Assembly (NCBI GenBank): GCA_964252035.1
Contig: OZ176205.1
Length of the DNA: 64,000 nt
From: Podarcis erhardii
Taxonomy: Eukaryota
Strand: one strand, 5' to 3'
The notes beneath the pieces are model-generated. The model searched no databases. It was not told the DNA's origin and was given only the letters and a program-made list of their open reading frames with translations. The translations under genes were made by a program, and so were the position numbers. Shown here piece by piece: positions 53,279-64,000 of the stretch; the stretch's first letter is position 1; the number at the start of each line of letters is the position of its first letter.

Positions 53279-54519
53279 TTCCTTCATGTGCTCACAGGCC
53301 TTCCTTATTTACCAGCCTCCCCACCCCCCTTTACTCCAAGGCAGCCTTACCTTACAAAATCAAATATATTTACTTTGCCGTTGCATGAGATGTGGAATAA
53401 GAAGAATCAGGTCTTCTGTCCAGGAACAACCTCTCCCAGAGATCTTGAAAAGCTGTTTCCCGTCAGACAGTGCCAGGCTAGCTTCATCAGTGGTTTGCCT
53501 CAGTATAGCACAGCTTTGTCTGTTAAACAACACACTTTCTGTAGGTTTATACATTGCTGATAAAGTTATTCTTTGCTTGTGTGGGTACTGTTGGAGAGTC
53601 CCAGTTCTCCCTAGTAATGTTTATGGAAACCAGCTCAGACAATAACTGTGAACTTGCAGAAGATCCAGCGAATTGCTTGTGGGTTTTAGAGAGCCTCACA
53701 AGGGGATAGGAATGCTTAACAGTGAGATATTTTAGACTGGTTTGCTTCTTCACCTCATTATTTCCTTCCTTTTGAGAACTCGCAGTTCAACCATCCGGTT
53801 CCTACTTCTATTAGAAATGCTATTTTAAGCTGCCTGTTGCTAAGATACACTGTCAGTTCTATGCACTTGCTGTATCGGTTGTGTCTAAGAATGATATATC
53901 CAATCAGTTTAATTAGTTTCCCCAAATTAAAATATAATTTACAATAGGATTTAGTTTGGTAAAAACATGCCATTGTGTTCTCTCACTGCTTACAACAGTC
54001 ACTTCAGGGATAAGTCACCTTCAGAAAGTGCGTCCTTTTCTGAGTGCCCTCAGATCTCATGTTTCATGGCAGGATCACCACAGCATCAGGAGGAACCTTT
54101 TTCCTGGTACCTAGTAAACAGCTAAAACCTCCCTCAACCTAAAGCCCACGGGATGTGTTGAAAGGTTCTCATTGGTCCAACCTTTTCTGTTGTCTTTTTT
54201 CCATATTGGCTTAAATATGACTTATTCTTAGTGTACTACACTTCCACATCATCACCTCAGTGATAAGGAAGACTTTCCACCACAGAGCCTTGTGACTTTC
54301 CCCAAGTCACAGAACTACTGACCTGGTTAGGAACATTCATTTCTTTGCAGCACATGAAAGGAGAAGGCCAAGCCAAATGAATCATTGTTCTTGCTATGAT
54401 TACAGGTCAGTAGCTAGCCAATTAGGTGAGGTGTCTGCAGTTTGATCCATAAGAAATTGTGTACCATTCTCAAATGAAGAGTAATTTCAGATTCTCTTGC
54501 TTATTGGGATAGGAAGGAT

Positions 54520-54725
54520 ACAGTGTTGTATAATAGGAAGAGTATTGAGTATTGAGGGAGAGCTGGGTTCAAATCCCGACTCAGTCAGTGGCTTTACTGA
54601 TGACCTTGCACAAATCTTGGTCTTCCATACTCCACCGTGGTATGATGAAGAACAGGAATAATCTCATGCACTGCACCGTGACCTTCTAGGACAGAGTGCT
54701 GGAAACAAGTGTGATAAATAAACAA
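54520..54725 (+). mobile_element. MIR-like SINE relic
   Basis: Degenerate tRNA head (ctgggttcaaatcccgactcag), core-like tract, A-rich tail. Confidence 0.55.
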
Positions 54726-54754
54726 ACATTGTCCCAAGCCTGGACTCTATAATG

Positions 54755-54875
54755 CAGGTTCCTTCAACCTGGTGCTTCCAGATGTTTTGAATCACAACTC
54801 CTATCTTCCCTAACTATTAGCTCTGTGGCTGAGAGGAGTTGAAGGCATAAGGTTGGGAAAGCTGCTGTAATGGAT
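54755..54875. mobile_element. Palindromic hAT MITE, internally deleted
   Basis: caggttccttcaacctggtgcttccagatgtttt...ggttgggaaagctg; related to 31852-31987. Confidence 0.6.
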
Positions 54876-57800
54876 TGCTGGGATGCAGCTACCAACATTC
54901 TGCTGTCTCATATTGTGTGTTCCAGTTTTTCTCCAGGGTGTTAGATCAAACTAGCAAATGGCCAAGGAAACTTCTGTTCCACTTGTTGCACAGAAATATT
55001 GCAGTTACAGGTAGCTATTGAAGATGACACCACACAGACACACACAAAGGGTTAGTAAGGGAATTATAGTGCCACATATTCAATGAATTAGTGGGTTCCT
55101 TTTCATTCATGGATTCCAGACATTCACAACATTATATGTGGCATCTGGTGTGGAGTAAGTGCAGATGTGGGCCCAAAGGAATTATCAGAAACTTGAACTG
55201 AACTCTGCTGATGGGTGGTGTGTGTGCGCGCGCCCAGCTCTAAGAGGGCAAGGAGTTTCTATTGATGGGCAGTGAGGGCACTCCTTGTTCTGGGAGCATT
55301 TTGGAGGCATTGGCTGTGTGAAAAAGAATTCCCTCATGCGGCCAGTGCCTGAAAATGCAGCATTCCCAGCTGGTGGGCAGGAGAAAGAACTTATTTACTA
55401 GGCCTATGCTCAGTGCTTCCCAAAGTTCCAGGCGTAGAACTGGCTACACCTCTCGTGCTGTGGTTCCCAAATATCAACAACCAACTGGCTATTGTGCATT
55501 TGGGAATCATGCACAAGGGATTTTGACAGATGGGCCAAACAACACAGCTTTCAATCATGGGATTTCCGCGGTGATGTCACAGGTAGATTTTCTGCCCATC
55601 TGTCAAAACTGGTCCCTGGAGCAGTAAAGATTTTCAACCCCTGGTTTAACCATTCATACACTGTATCAAGATCAGCAAGTGTGCCAAAGTGCAATCAAAC
55701 TTATATTATTGCCACACACAGACCCATTCTATTTTATCAAGTGCATTTTTTGGATCAATTGACAATAATGATAATGGTTGATGGGATTTCTGTCTTCATG
55801 GTTGATGAGTCATTCAGTTACAGCTGCAATAGTTAAGAGTTACTAAAGCCTTTCACTGATTCATACTGCATTAATTTGAGACTCAGAACTCTAGTAGTAT
55901 GGTACTGTGTGTTCTGGGGAGAAATTATTCTTACTTATATCAGCTTTTCACTCTGTATGTATTTTGATGATACTTTGATGGTTATTTTCTTCTTAAGAAT
56001 GCCCTGAGGCATGAGACTTTATTATAAGGGCATATGTGTGTGCTTGCCCACGAACCTTTCTCAAAATCAACCTCCCATTGACATTCTGTCCCTTCTGCAT
56101 TTCTGACAGCATAGGCTGCCTGCCAGGATTCTGAAAGAAAAATCTTTTCCAAGCTGGGATCATGATCTGCTTTGTTGTTGTTGTTCTTGTTACTGCCTTT
56201 CATGAGGAGCAACCACTGCATTCTGAGTGGTGCAAAACATAAATAAATATGGCCAGTGTGGGGACAATTATCATAGTGAGACTTTGTTGCCTGGTTTAGA
56301 AAGTATTCTTTGGCAAGTACATCCCATATAAGCAGAGTGAGCTATATCTACATCTGATAGCTCATTCTACATGAGAAAGGCAATAATGTATAGTCAGATG
56401 TTGTTAAGGTAACTCCCACTCTATGGGACCTGAGGTGAAATTTCTCAGAAAACAAATTTCTGAGCAAGTGAAGGGGGAATTGTAAAGTGTTGTTTTAATA
56501 ACCAAACCTGATCTCATCTGCTTTGGGGTTAAATCATCTTGTTATGTGGACACAATGTCACACCATTAAAGCAGAGCCACCATTTTACTTATTGAAAAAA
56601 TGAGGAGGAAAGCCACCCCCTTTTACTGCCCTGTTTTATAAGTACAACCGGGTGGATCAAGAGGATCCTAAGTATTTACCCAAATATATCATGATCATAA
56701 GAATAAGTGCAATCTTTGTATAAGTCATCAGTCACCTTTATGAAACAGATATTTAATTCAAGGGCCTTAGTTGCTTCTAATATTGTCAGGAATGTGCTAA
56801 TAAAAGCTGTTTTTAAATGACCTTTTCATTGACTTATTCACACATGCTTTCAAGGAAACCAAATCCCATAAATCCTGAAATAGTTCAGTATAAGAATTTT
56901 ACAGAGTGTAAAACTGGCAGGGTTTCACTGGAGTCCAGGGGACTGGGCTGGTTTAGCTCTGTTGAAAGACAGCAGCCCTTTAATGGAGAGGCAGGAGTAA
57001 TCAATGGCTTTGCATGCAGTGCCAAACATTTTGCAGATACTATCTGTTGTAAAACTGTCACGGGCAATTTAACCTACAATTCCTGGCCATCCCAGTTGCT
57101 CTGATAATGTCATCAGCTGAGGGATAACCTTGGTGCTTGCTGTTGTCATGGAAGAACTGCTGAAGCCTGCCCAGTTCCTTAGTGCAGCAATATTTTAAGC
57201 TAAACAGCACCTGACACATTGTTGGCACTAAGCACAGGTAAAACAGAAGTTATAGCACTTAGCTATTGCCAAACCTCAGACTTTCACAGATTCCAGACAA
57301 CAAGGAGGAGGGACTAAGAAAGACAACCAGGTGGTGAGTACCTTATAGGGTACAGCATTGTGAGAATGTAACCATTTCACAGTCTCTCCCCCCCCCCAGA
57401 TATACTTACCCCTTCAGAAAAATTCTACTTAAGTCCCAATTTCTGCAGCAAGTAAAGCTTCAGTCTCTATTGACTATGCAAATAGAGCAAATTTGCATAT
57501 TTATTTAATCTATTTGCTTCTGCACGACCTATGCAGAGCACTGCAATTCTACCTCCTGTATCTCCTATTCAGTCTTATCTCCTCCCCGGAATCCAAGATT
57601 TCACTGGGCATTGCTTGCACACTTTCAAGCCTTGAGGACTAGAAGTTTGCTCTTTTAAAATGAAAACTGAATTCTCAGGCAGATGCCTTCTGGAGCCTAT
57701 ACCCTTTCTGAATTTGCATATTGATAAATCACATGGCTCTGGATATTCAACAACACCAAAGAAAGCAGAGGAGTGTAATGTTTAATTCATTTGTTTTTTG

Positions 57801-57956
57801 TTTTTCAGATCTTTCGTAGATGACCAGGATCTGAGAGCATCTGAGAGCTGACCTTCAAAACCTGCACCTGCCCTAGCAGATACCCACTCCATCTTGGGCT
57901 TCCCTCCGCCCCCAAAATCCCTTCCTACATAGGAGTGGCTGAGCCAGACAGTCTCA

Positions 57957-60900
57957 ATGCCTAAGCACAGCAAAGTGACCCAGAAGGAACAAAGTACTGA
58001 GCATGTCACTGAATCAGTGGCTGATCTGCTGGCCCTTGAGGAGCCTGTGGACTATAGACAGAGTGTCTTAAATGTGGCTGGAGAAAATTGGAACAAGCAG
58101 CAGGATGTGGATGACACTGGTGAGGATCGGCCAGCGTGGAACAATAAACTGCAGTACATTTTGGCTCAGATTGGCTACTCCGTGGGGCTGGGGAATGTCT
58201 GGCGCTTTCCATATTTGTGTCAAAAGAATGGTGGAGGTAAGTGAGCAAGGTAGTATAAAAGTCATCTGTTATGGACACATGTTCTGCTTTCCTAATATAA
58301 TAATACAAGAGGAAGGGAGCATAGGCTTGAAGGCCATAGGATGCTATTTCAAACTGAGGCAGACAGTACACAGTACTAACCATGCTGACTGGTAGTAACC
58401 CTCTAGGTTTCAGACAGGATCCTTTCCTGGCTCTTCCTGGAAATTCTGGGTAAATCATGTGCTCAACCATTAAGCTATGGTTTTCCCTTCAATGGATTGT
58501 TGTAGTCACTAGTCTGCATGATCAGGCACCTCATTATAGAGTTAAATGAAGAACTGTTATCCTGAATCTTATGACTCGTCCTAAGTTTATCTATTCTATA
58601 CAAACCAAGACTACTCCTCCACCACGCTCAGCAAGTAAGTCTCCTTTCCTGCGTGATAGTGTGCAAGTATTAATTACCTGGTCATCTTGAGTTCAGGTAA
58701 CAATTTGTGATGGTGAAAGGCTGCCATCATTCTTGGACTGTGTCTTTTTTTAAAAAAACAGCTATGTATTTCCCTGATTGTGCACTGCAAATCCATGCCT
58801 GAACCACACTGAAGCATTATTATCTCAAAATATGTGAATATATAAACAAGCCCTTGCTACAAAAGGCATTCCTCTATAGCTTGGTAATAATTTTCACAAA
58901 GTTGAACTCAGCCAACTCTTCTATCTGTTTGAATTTGCCCTAGTTGAGCTGATTATGCACTGTTAATTTATTTCAGATTTACAGGTTGTGCTCTATTTCC
59001 TAACAAATTTGCTTTCCATGGTGTGATTCTTGCTCTCTGTGACAGGATGATAATATTCCATTAATCTTTTTCTTTTTTTTTAGCCACCAAGTTGCAGGAA
59101 AAGCAGATTAAAGGCATAATTGCAAAGGATGACTGTGTAAGGCACATTGCCCTTTGGTTGGCTGCACAGATAGAGGTGACCACTGGTGTTTTCCCTCCTA
59201 TCAAGTGCTGAGTCTTCAATGTGGTCAATAGAACATTAAATGAATGGTTGTTGCACCTTGAAGGCTTACCTGCTTTCTATTAAGCATATGCTTCCTGGAT
59301 TATCCATGGATGAAGCAAAGTGCTGGCTGAGTATCAGTTGTGTGTAATGCGACAGGAATGGATTATTGATAGATAGATGCTTTTGTGATAAATGCAATTC
59401 CTTGGTTGATAATGTCTGTATCGCTTCTTGGTTCAGCAAGCTCTTTCTGCTAAAAAATACTGCTGTATGTGAAAGTAGTAATTTGTGTGTTGTTTTCTTC
59501 TCAGTAATAAAGTGTGCATATGTCTAGCAGAGAGAACAGATTTTCATTAGGAAAAGGGTGGTATTGGGCCAATTCTTTGGAACATTGTGTGCTCAAGAAC
59601 TTACAGAATGCTGCTGCATGGGTTGAACGCTTTTTTGAAACTGAACACCCAGGTTAGGGTTGCAAATGGGAATCCTCTAATTGTACCTGTAATCTTGTTA
59701 CAAAACCTGGTTTTCCCATTATGTGTACTGATGGCTACTGTGTGCCCTAAATGTGTAGGAAGCACCTGAGTTTCTCTGTCAACTGACTTGTCTGTCTTTG
59801 GAACTGGAGTGCATTGCTTTGCTAGTGTAGATGGAATTTTGAAAGCCATTGCCTATTGGGGTCACCAGAGTCAGAGGCAATGATGTAATCAAAGACAAGG
59901 CAGTTCCAGGCTCCAGGGAAGGAGGTAGACAAGGACTAGAAGCAGATGACTGGGTCAAGAGGCCTCAGACTAGGCAGAAAAGAAGTTTGAGGCAAGGGAG
60001 CTGAGGTGGCTGCTTAGGGTAACGAACCAAACCAGTCAACAGTTACATAGAACCAGCCAGGCCCTTACTGGTTCCTCTGACCTAACTTGGTTGGAGAGCA
60101 GCCATGCTGTCTCTGACCAGGACTGGCCCGATATATTTTGCTGCCTTAGGCAAAGGGCAAGATGGCACCTCGCCATTTCCCAGAGAGAAGCTGACTGGAC
60201 TGGCGGTACTAGCAATGGAGTAGTGTTCGTCATAATGCCTGAAGGCAGCAGGGTAGAGAAAGGGCTTTGCCCTCTGACAGAAAGCACCACGGAGACGAAG
60301 CCAATCACTCACTTCTTCTGCTGTCTAAATTACATGAGATGTGAAGTTGCATGTTTAAATAAGAGTCTTCAGTCTGGCTGCTTTTTCTTTAAAATAAAAG
60401 CGGCCCTGATCCAGAATGTCATCCAGATCAAGGCCCTGCAGTGGTTTTCTGCTAAAAAAAACACACCCTTACCTGTTTGCTCTTGGTCTCCACAGTTTCT
60501 GTTTCTTGGTATGCTGTGAAATGGTTGAAACAAAACAAATTCCTTCCAGTAGTTGTTTTGTTTTGACTATGGCAGACCAACACGGCTACCTATCTGTAAC
60601 TGTGAAATGGTTGGTTTTCTTTATTCTGTTTTGTGGTCTTTTTCACATTTATTAATATTTATTATGAGCCCTGCTGGAAATTATTTTAAATAGTGTCGTG
60701 GAGGAGTTTTATGTAGAGTACTGAGTTTGAGTTTACAGTAGCTTTTGCTAATAGTGGTTGCTTTCAGAACCCTGAAATGCTTCAGGAGGAAAGGTGAGAT
60801 ATGATAATAATAATAATAATAATAATAATAATAGAAATAAAAATAAATTCATTGTACCTAAGACCTTTTTCTAAAGGGGAAAAAAGAAACCTGGTTGTCA

Positions 60901-63750
60901 TTTGCTTTGATCAGAGTCTTCCAGTGGATTCTTGTCAGGAGCTGACCCAGTTGTGTGAAGGATTTTTATATCTTTTTGAGAAGCTGTGAGTTGTGTCAAG
61001 AATTAACTCGGTGATGTTGTGCTGGGTGCACTTAATCGTTTCCAGCCTGCTTATCTGACTACCCTGAATATGAAGCAGGATCAAAATCCTGCCTACACAG
61101 CTTTCCTGTCTTATTAGAATTATAAACGTGCCAGGAATATTGATATTTTTTTGCTTTGAGTTTTTGGTCAACAGCTCAGATTTCCAGCATGAGAGTTTTT
61201 GGCCTCTCTGGCCAACTGTTTATATTTCTCAGACTGCCCATTTGTTTCGTACTCTCTTCAACTAGCCAGAGATATATAGCCCTGCTATTTAAGTACAGTC
61301 CTTTATGAAGCATTTTCATCTAGCCCTTCCAGGAATTGTTCTCTTTAATTGCATAGCTGGCACTGGAACAGCCATTGTGAAGGCAGAAAATAACCACACT
61401 GTATATACATTTATATATGGAGTGTTAAAGTGATCCTGTGTGTTGTAGTTGTATTAACCTCTCCCTCTATTGTCACAGCACCATTTTAAATTAGGAGACT
61501 TGCTTCAAATAATGTTTAGAGACAAATGCTAACTGGAGCTGATGAGAGTTGGATGGACCATACAAGTAAGAAGTGATTGTCTCCTAGGAGCAGTCATGGT
61601 CACCTTCTCATGCTGGGACCTGTGTGATCAAAGGCATCTCTAATGACCTTTTTCTTTCCTGTCAGGTGCCTATCTGGTTCCATATCTTGTATTGCTCATC
61701 CTCATCGGCATCCCTCTCTTCTTTCTGGAGTTGGCTGTTGGGCAGAGGATCCGCCGGGGCAGTATAGGAGTGTGGAATTACGTCTGCCCTCGGTTGGGGG
61801 GCATTGGATTTGCCAGCTGCCTTGTAAGTGCTTGCAGAAGGCTTGTGGTGGCTTTGGGACAGTTGTGTGGATGATCTTCCATATGTACTGTCTAGCAGAC
61901 ATGTGCATAATAGACCCATTTCCCACTGTAAAGAGGGCTTAGTTATTGCAGAATATAATTAGAAGATACCAGCCTGTGAAGGTGGTTGGTTAGAAGCTCA
62001 AGACTGATGCCTTGAATAGTTCTTTCCCCCAACTATGGAACAGGATCAGACATTTACCATCAAGTTCTGATTTCCTTTGATTTCCCCACATGATCCTATA
62101 TATATCTGAACTAGGATGTGCCCTTCAAGAATGTGCCCTAACTGATCCACTGTTCACACCTGTCAAAATAAACCTCTTTGTAGTCTAGTCCTGATGATTC
62201 ACTCTGCAGAGGGTCAAGTGATGGGCACCTCTTTGTAGTTTAGTCCTGATGAGCCCTGAGGGTCAAGTGATGGGCAGGTGGGTGCTAGCAAAAAGACCAT
62301 TTTCCCTCTGGGATTGATACTGGAACTCAAGCTTTAGTGCCACAACTCACTCATGCCCCCTAAGCACCATTGTGCCACTCAGCATCTTATATAAACTGCT
62401 GGGATGACAACCAAAGCCCCTTGATTGATGTGGCCCTGGATCACCTGTGCGAGAGCAACACTGCTTCCTTGATATCTGGCAATTTTAAGGGAAACAATCA
62501 CTGGACATGCCCACATCACAGGGCAGAGCAGATTTTGAGAATGCATGGGGAGACAAGAGGAAAGAGAAGTCCCATTGCATAGCATTGGATATAACCCGGT
62601 GCATTTCAATGTTCCATTCTCCACCATTCATTTTAGTATCACTTTGTTTGGAAATACATTTTGCTGTCCAGGATCCAAACATTTTCATTCTTCTGTTTCC
62701 AGGTCTGCTTGTTTGTTGGGCTCTACTACAATGTGATCATAGGATGGAGCATCTTTTACTTTTTTAAATCCTTCCAGTACCCGCTGCCTTGGAGCGAGTG
62801 CCCCATCATAAGGAATGGCACAGTGGCAAGTGAGTCCTTTCTCTTTACTGCTTTGCATGTGGTAGAAGGGAAATGAGGCACACTTCTTCAGGTGATAAAC
62901 AGCATTCAGCTCTGTGACTTCTAATCTTATAATTCAAATGTGATAATTGTTGCAGTAGTAATCAGTGTTGGCTGATACCACACAGCACAGATGGGTGGAT
63001 GCATTCATTTATCCTTTTCCATCATTGTGAGTCCCAAGGAGAAATAAGTCTTCATTTGCCCTGTACTCTGCAGTTACTATAGTTAGGTAATTCAACATTA
63101 CTTTCTCTAGGGGTATTGAGAGTAGTGGCAGAGAACGACCTTCCAGTCAACAACTTAACAATAGTTCAGGTTTGTTTCCAGCTGATAGGGTGTGGGAATT
63201 GCATTTGGGCATTGGTTGGCAGGAAATGGATATTTTCCAAAGAGTGCTATAGAGACACTCTGGAGGTTAATGGAGCATTTAATAGAATGTGAACATATCC
63301 CAGAATATATATAAATCTTTTATAGTGGGTGTAAATTGCCCCATTTATTTAACTTTTAGTTTCAGTGGCAAGATCTTTGATTCTTTTTTCTTTCTCCTAA
63401 TGTGAACTTCGGCATCCTTCCTGAAGTGCCCTATGAAGGCTTGTCTCTTCTACTTAGCCTTTAAATGCTGTCTTGCTTGCTGTGGCACAGGTGCTGTGGC
63501 ACAGGTGACTTCTAAATGAGAATTCAAAGCATGTAAAAAAAAACTCCATAGCTTTCCCCCCTTTTCAGCCGTGGAACCAGAATGCGACAAAAGCTCTGCT
63601 ACTACTTACTTCTGGTACCGGGATGCCCTGGACATCTCCAACTCCATTAATGAGAGTGGTGGGCTTAACTGGAGAATGACTTTATGCCTCCTGGCTGCTT
63701 GGAGCATTGTAGGCTTGGCCATGATCAAAGGAATTCAGTCTTCAGGAAAG
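57957..63750 (+). CDS. SLC6A17: Sodium-dependent neutral amino acid transporter SLC6A17 (NTT4/XT1), 5' part; continues beyond the window
   Basis: Coding exons 57957-58236 (exon starts 57809), 61666-61823, 62703-62829, 63569-63750, GT-AG, in frame. Peptide [33 protein letters not shown]...[43 protein letters not shown]...KGIQSSGK carries the SNF-family TM1 signature and the SLC6A17-type N-terminus. Confidence 0.96.
60802..60831 (+). repeat. (TAA)n microsatellite
   Basis: About 10 units read directly. Confidence 0.95.
62172..62276 (+). repeat. Imperfect direct duplication of about 50-55 bp
   Basis: acctctttgtagt(c/t)tagtcctgatga...gagggtcaagtgatgggca twice. Confidence 0.85.
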
Positions 63751-63840
63751 GTAAGTGTTGATGGTGGCAGCCCAAAGCAGAACAGAGATTGCCAGAACCT
63801 ACAACAGGTGGATCCAGTGGTGGATATAAAGTGGTGGATC

Positions 63841-63961
63841 CAGGGATGGGACACCTGTGGCTCTCCAGATGGTGCTGGACTACAACTCCCATTATCCCTG
63901 CCCATAGGCCATGTTGGCTGGGGCTGACAATGTCTGGAGGGCCGCAGCTTCCCCATCCCAG
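63841..63961. mobile_element. Palindromic hAT MITE
   Basis: CAGGGATGGGACACCTGTGGCTCTCCAGATG...tctggagggccgcagcttccccatcc. Confidence 0.75.
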
Positions 63962-64000
63962 AGACACAATCTTGCAGCCAGGAACAAAGCGTTCAGCAGC

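Noticed and set aside
53013-53645. 210-aa ATG-initiated ORF in SLC6A17 intron 1
   Set aside because: No recognisable domain, Cys/Leu/Ser-rich random-like composition, overlaps an RE1 site; no evidence of coding.
60281-60301. AGCACCACGGAGA, RE1-like, in SLC6A17 intron 2
   Set aside because: Both ends deviate from consensus; too weak without a matrix score.
62186-62270. CTGATGA plus hairpin, twice, resembling a hammerhead ribozyme core
   Set aside because: The essential GAAA after stem II is replaced by TCAAG, and no stem I/III pairing with a cleavage triplet is present.

Overview
Vertebrate genomic DNA, almost certainly a squamate reptile and probably a lacertid lizard (Sauria SINE, squamate-type Bov-B, Tigger-like and hAT MITEs, L2/CR1/MIR-like relics). 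The window is the AHCYL1-STRIP1-(ALX3)-UBL4B-SLC6A17 syntenic block, all on the + strand. It holds the last 8 coding exons and 3'UTR of AHCYL1, a complete 21-exon STRIP1 (829 aa), an intronless UBL4B retrogene (193 aa), and the CpG-island first exon plus first four coding exons of SLC6A17. ALX3, which lies between STRIP1 and UBL4B in mammals, is not detectable. I found no new multi-gene system. The best leads are: a textbook LC8/DYNLL-binding motif (DKATQTE) in the UBL4B tail; UBL4B itself at the mammalian syntenic site in a reptile; motif-dense repeat-free blocks that may be enhancers orphaned by ALX3 loss; a paired RE1/REST cluster and a perfect inverted pair of RFX-like boxes in SLC6A17 intron 1; and a TA-CAG-TA mariner-type excision footprint inside a Bov-B copy. 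Gene identities, ortholog comparisons and repeat family names come from recalled sequences, not database searches. Exon boundaries were read by hand.
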